From Octopus sinensis (Eukaryota): a stretch of DNA of 64,000 nucleotides. The translations under genes and the position numbers were made by a program. Each line of letters opens with the position of its first letter. Position 1 is the stretch's first letter. The notes below the pieces were generated by a model. That model was not told the DNA's origin and made no database searches. It saw only the letters and a list, made by a program, of their open reading frames with translations. Shown piece after piece: positions 61,669 through 64,000 of the stretch. The stretch is from NCBI RefSeq assembly GCF_006345805.1, contig NC_043004.1, positions 23,684,001 through 23,748,000 of the forward strand, written 5' to 3'.

Positions 61669-62464
61669 AATGATATTGGACAGTAAGAAACAACATGAGA
61701 AGACAACTGTTGAAATGCACCGGAATGGGACCTTGAATCTGTTATAACCGGAGATATTTGTTATCTACAGTTTGAAATTATTTAAAACCGTGTTTGCTTT
61801 TTGTTACAAAGTATTGGCAATAGATATTTCATAAGCTACATCCGTTATTTTCATAAACAGAAACTAAATTTCAGTTTGAAACAGTGATGCAATTTTATAC
61901 TTGATATTTATTTCTTAAGCAGTAATACAAACTACTGTTATGATAAGGTATAGGTCACAATAATGGACACACGCACGCACACATACACACACAAAAATGC
62001 GAATACACTCACACACACACAAACATTAGGTTTTAGTTGTTTAAGTCATTGGACAATTGGACTACGGCTGTGAAGGGTCTTAGTCGAACAGATCGCCCTC
62101 GGTAATCACTCTATCCTTCTATTTTGCCGAACAGCTAAGTTGCGGGGATGTAAGGAAACCAAAACTAGTTGTCAAGAGGTAGCCAGTGAAAGATGTATAT
62201 TCATCCCTATCGGTGTCAGCTGAGTTCAAATAGGTTTGTGACACATTTCAATTTTTAAAGGCAAATAAATTACCTGCAGATACTGCAGAGAAAAAATTCT
62301 CACTGAAGGTTTAAAAAGTTTAGACTGGACAGATTCGGATATGGTATTTTTACGCCTTTTACCGTAAGAGAAATGTTCTTTGTTCTCTACAACGACTGCA
62401 GTCAATTTGCATTTAGAATTTGCAATATGTCACAAACATTTTAACTCATCTAAAGTTCGATTAT

Positions 62465-62506
62465 ATATATGCATACATACATACATACATACATACATAC
62501 ATACAT

Positions 62507-62580
<74 letters not shown>

Positions 62581-62636
62581 GTCCTCGTGTTGTTGTGTTT
62601 TTTTGTGCTTTCATGTTTGGATTAACTTTATATATG

Positions 62637-62668
<32 letters not shown>

Positions 62669-62715
62669 TATATACATATATATACGCACGCACGCAGACA
62701 CACACACACACATAT
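62465..62715. repeat. Compound (CATA)n(CA)n(TA)n microsatellite
   Basis: Direct reading; source of the HTYI/YIYI pseudo-ORFs. Confidence 0.95.
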
Positions 62716-63686
62716 GTATATGACGGGCTTCCACCAAGTTTCCGAAAAAAGATTTACTCAGTGTCATGGTCGGCCCGCGCGTATAGTCAAAGACACTATA
62801 CCCAAAGTGCCATGGAGAGGGACTGAACACGAACTCGCATTGCTTCTTAACCACACTGTCATTCTTGCGCTTATCGTTTACCATTCAGATTTTCATAAGG
62901 GGTTTTACTTTGAAGTTTTGTTGTATTTCGAAACTCCTAGTCAGCTGTGTACTAATAGTGGCATACACGAATAGATTCCCTCTTGATCTGAATGCCGTTA
63001 TATTTAACAGCTAAAAGATCTTCAACATTAATATACCACCTTTAAGTCTTTAAATCTCTGTCAAGCTGTGCATCTTGCCTTTATATACTCAATAGCTTCT
63101 GTTCCATGTGATATTACATGGAAGACATTCATGGCACTAACGAGTAAAATACAGTCATTGAATTTCTAGAACCTCAGTAAATAGATTTAGAAAAATACTT
63201 TTCTTATTCATCATTCAGGCTTTAGGAAATACTCATTCGAATCGGCTATTCATAACTTTTATACTTTTTTTTTTATATAAATTAGCTACAGCGCATTACC
63301 AATTTTAAAAAAAAGTCAAAAGCGTTTTATGGATTTGCATATAATGAAAATATTCACCTTTCGTCGTTGTTATAGCATTTAATAAGGGTCGATGATAGGG
63401 CTATTGAAAATATCTATAGTGCGGTGGAGAATCCAAGAAGGTTATTTCAAACTCATAGTAATATCCGTGTAGTTAAGACGTTCGTTTCACAATTATCTGA
63501 CTCCGATTTTGACTTAATTGCATAGCACCTTGTGCAAATGTCTTCTATGTTAGCCTCGAAACCACGAGTTGGCAAATAAATTTTGATTGGAATCAGGTAG
63601 ATGGAGATGTACAGGAATATTCTATGTATGTGTGTGTGTGTGTATGTGTGTTTGTGAGAGTATATATATACACACCAACACACACA

Positions 63687-63723
<37 letters not shown>

Positions 63724-64000
63724 GTGTGTGTAGCTCTATCATCGACCCTTATATATATATATCTGTGCACAGCTTTCAAAGTCCTATATGCCATAAGGTC
63801 TGCAAATCTAACGGAGATCTCAAAAGATATTTTGAGACCTCAAAATATTTTGAGATCACAACTTAACTGCAGTTCTTGGTGGTCCAAATCTATGTGGGAG
63901 TCTTATCAATATATTGTTTGGTTTAAAAAGCCACATCATACGGCATGATGGATCTAAGGTGTAAGTACAAGAGAGGGTCAGACTCTGCATAAGGAGTAGA

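Overview
AT-rich metazoan genomic DNA, saturated with microsatellites and tRNA-derived SINEs. The repeat content resembles an octopus/coleoid cephalopod genome (inference, not a database match). The window lies inside a large minus-strand gene for a receptor-type (natriuretic-peptide-receptor-like) guanylate cyclase. Only two small exons were found: 27982-27884 (CGSTTSSISGDTIAAHLSDMGSKQMFIRTGYYK) and 7238-7161 (GSIVAIKKINKSYVTVSKPLLMEIKH). They join in frame across a 20.6 kb intron and encode the start of the kinase-homology domain. Everything else is intronic. It includes decayed hAT and piggyBac transposons, a nest of R4/Dong-like REL retrotransposons in (TAA)n tracts (one with an uninterrupted 2.2 kb RT-zinc knuckle-REL ORF), and a second REL family in (CATA)/(CATC) tracts. 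There are also Penelope-like fragments with minimal hammerhead-ribozyme-like motifs, RTE fragments, Helitron/Helentron-type non-autonomous elements, a Merlin-like MITE and dozens of SINEs. The most unusual signals are three local fold-back inverted duplications that each break inside a SINE 5' region, a hammerhead core variant (CUGUAGA) shared by two copies, and a pair of convergent decayed AT-rich ORFs of unknown, possibly viral, origin. Most ORFs in the supplied track are microsatellite artefacts. Repeat boundaries are read by eye and are approximate unless a TSD or splice site fixes them.
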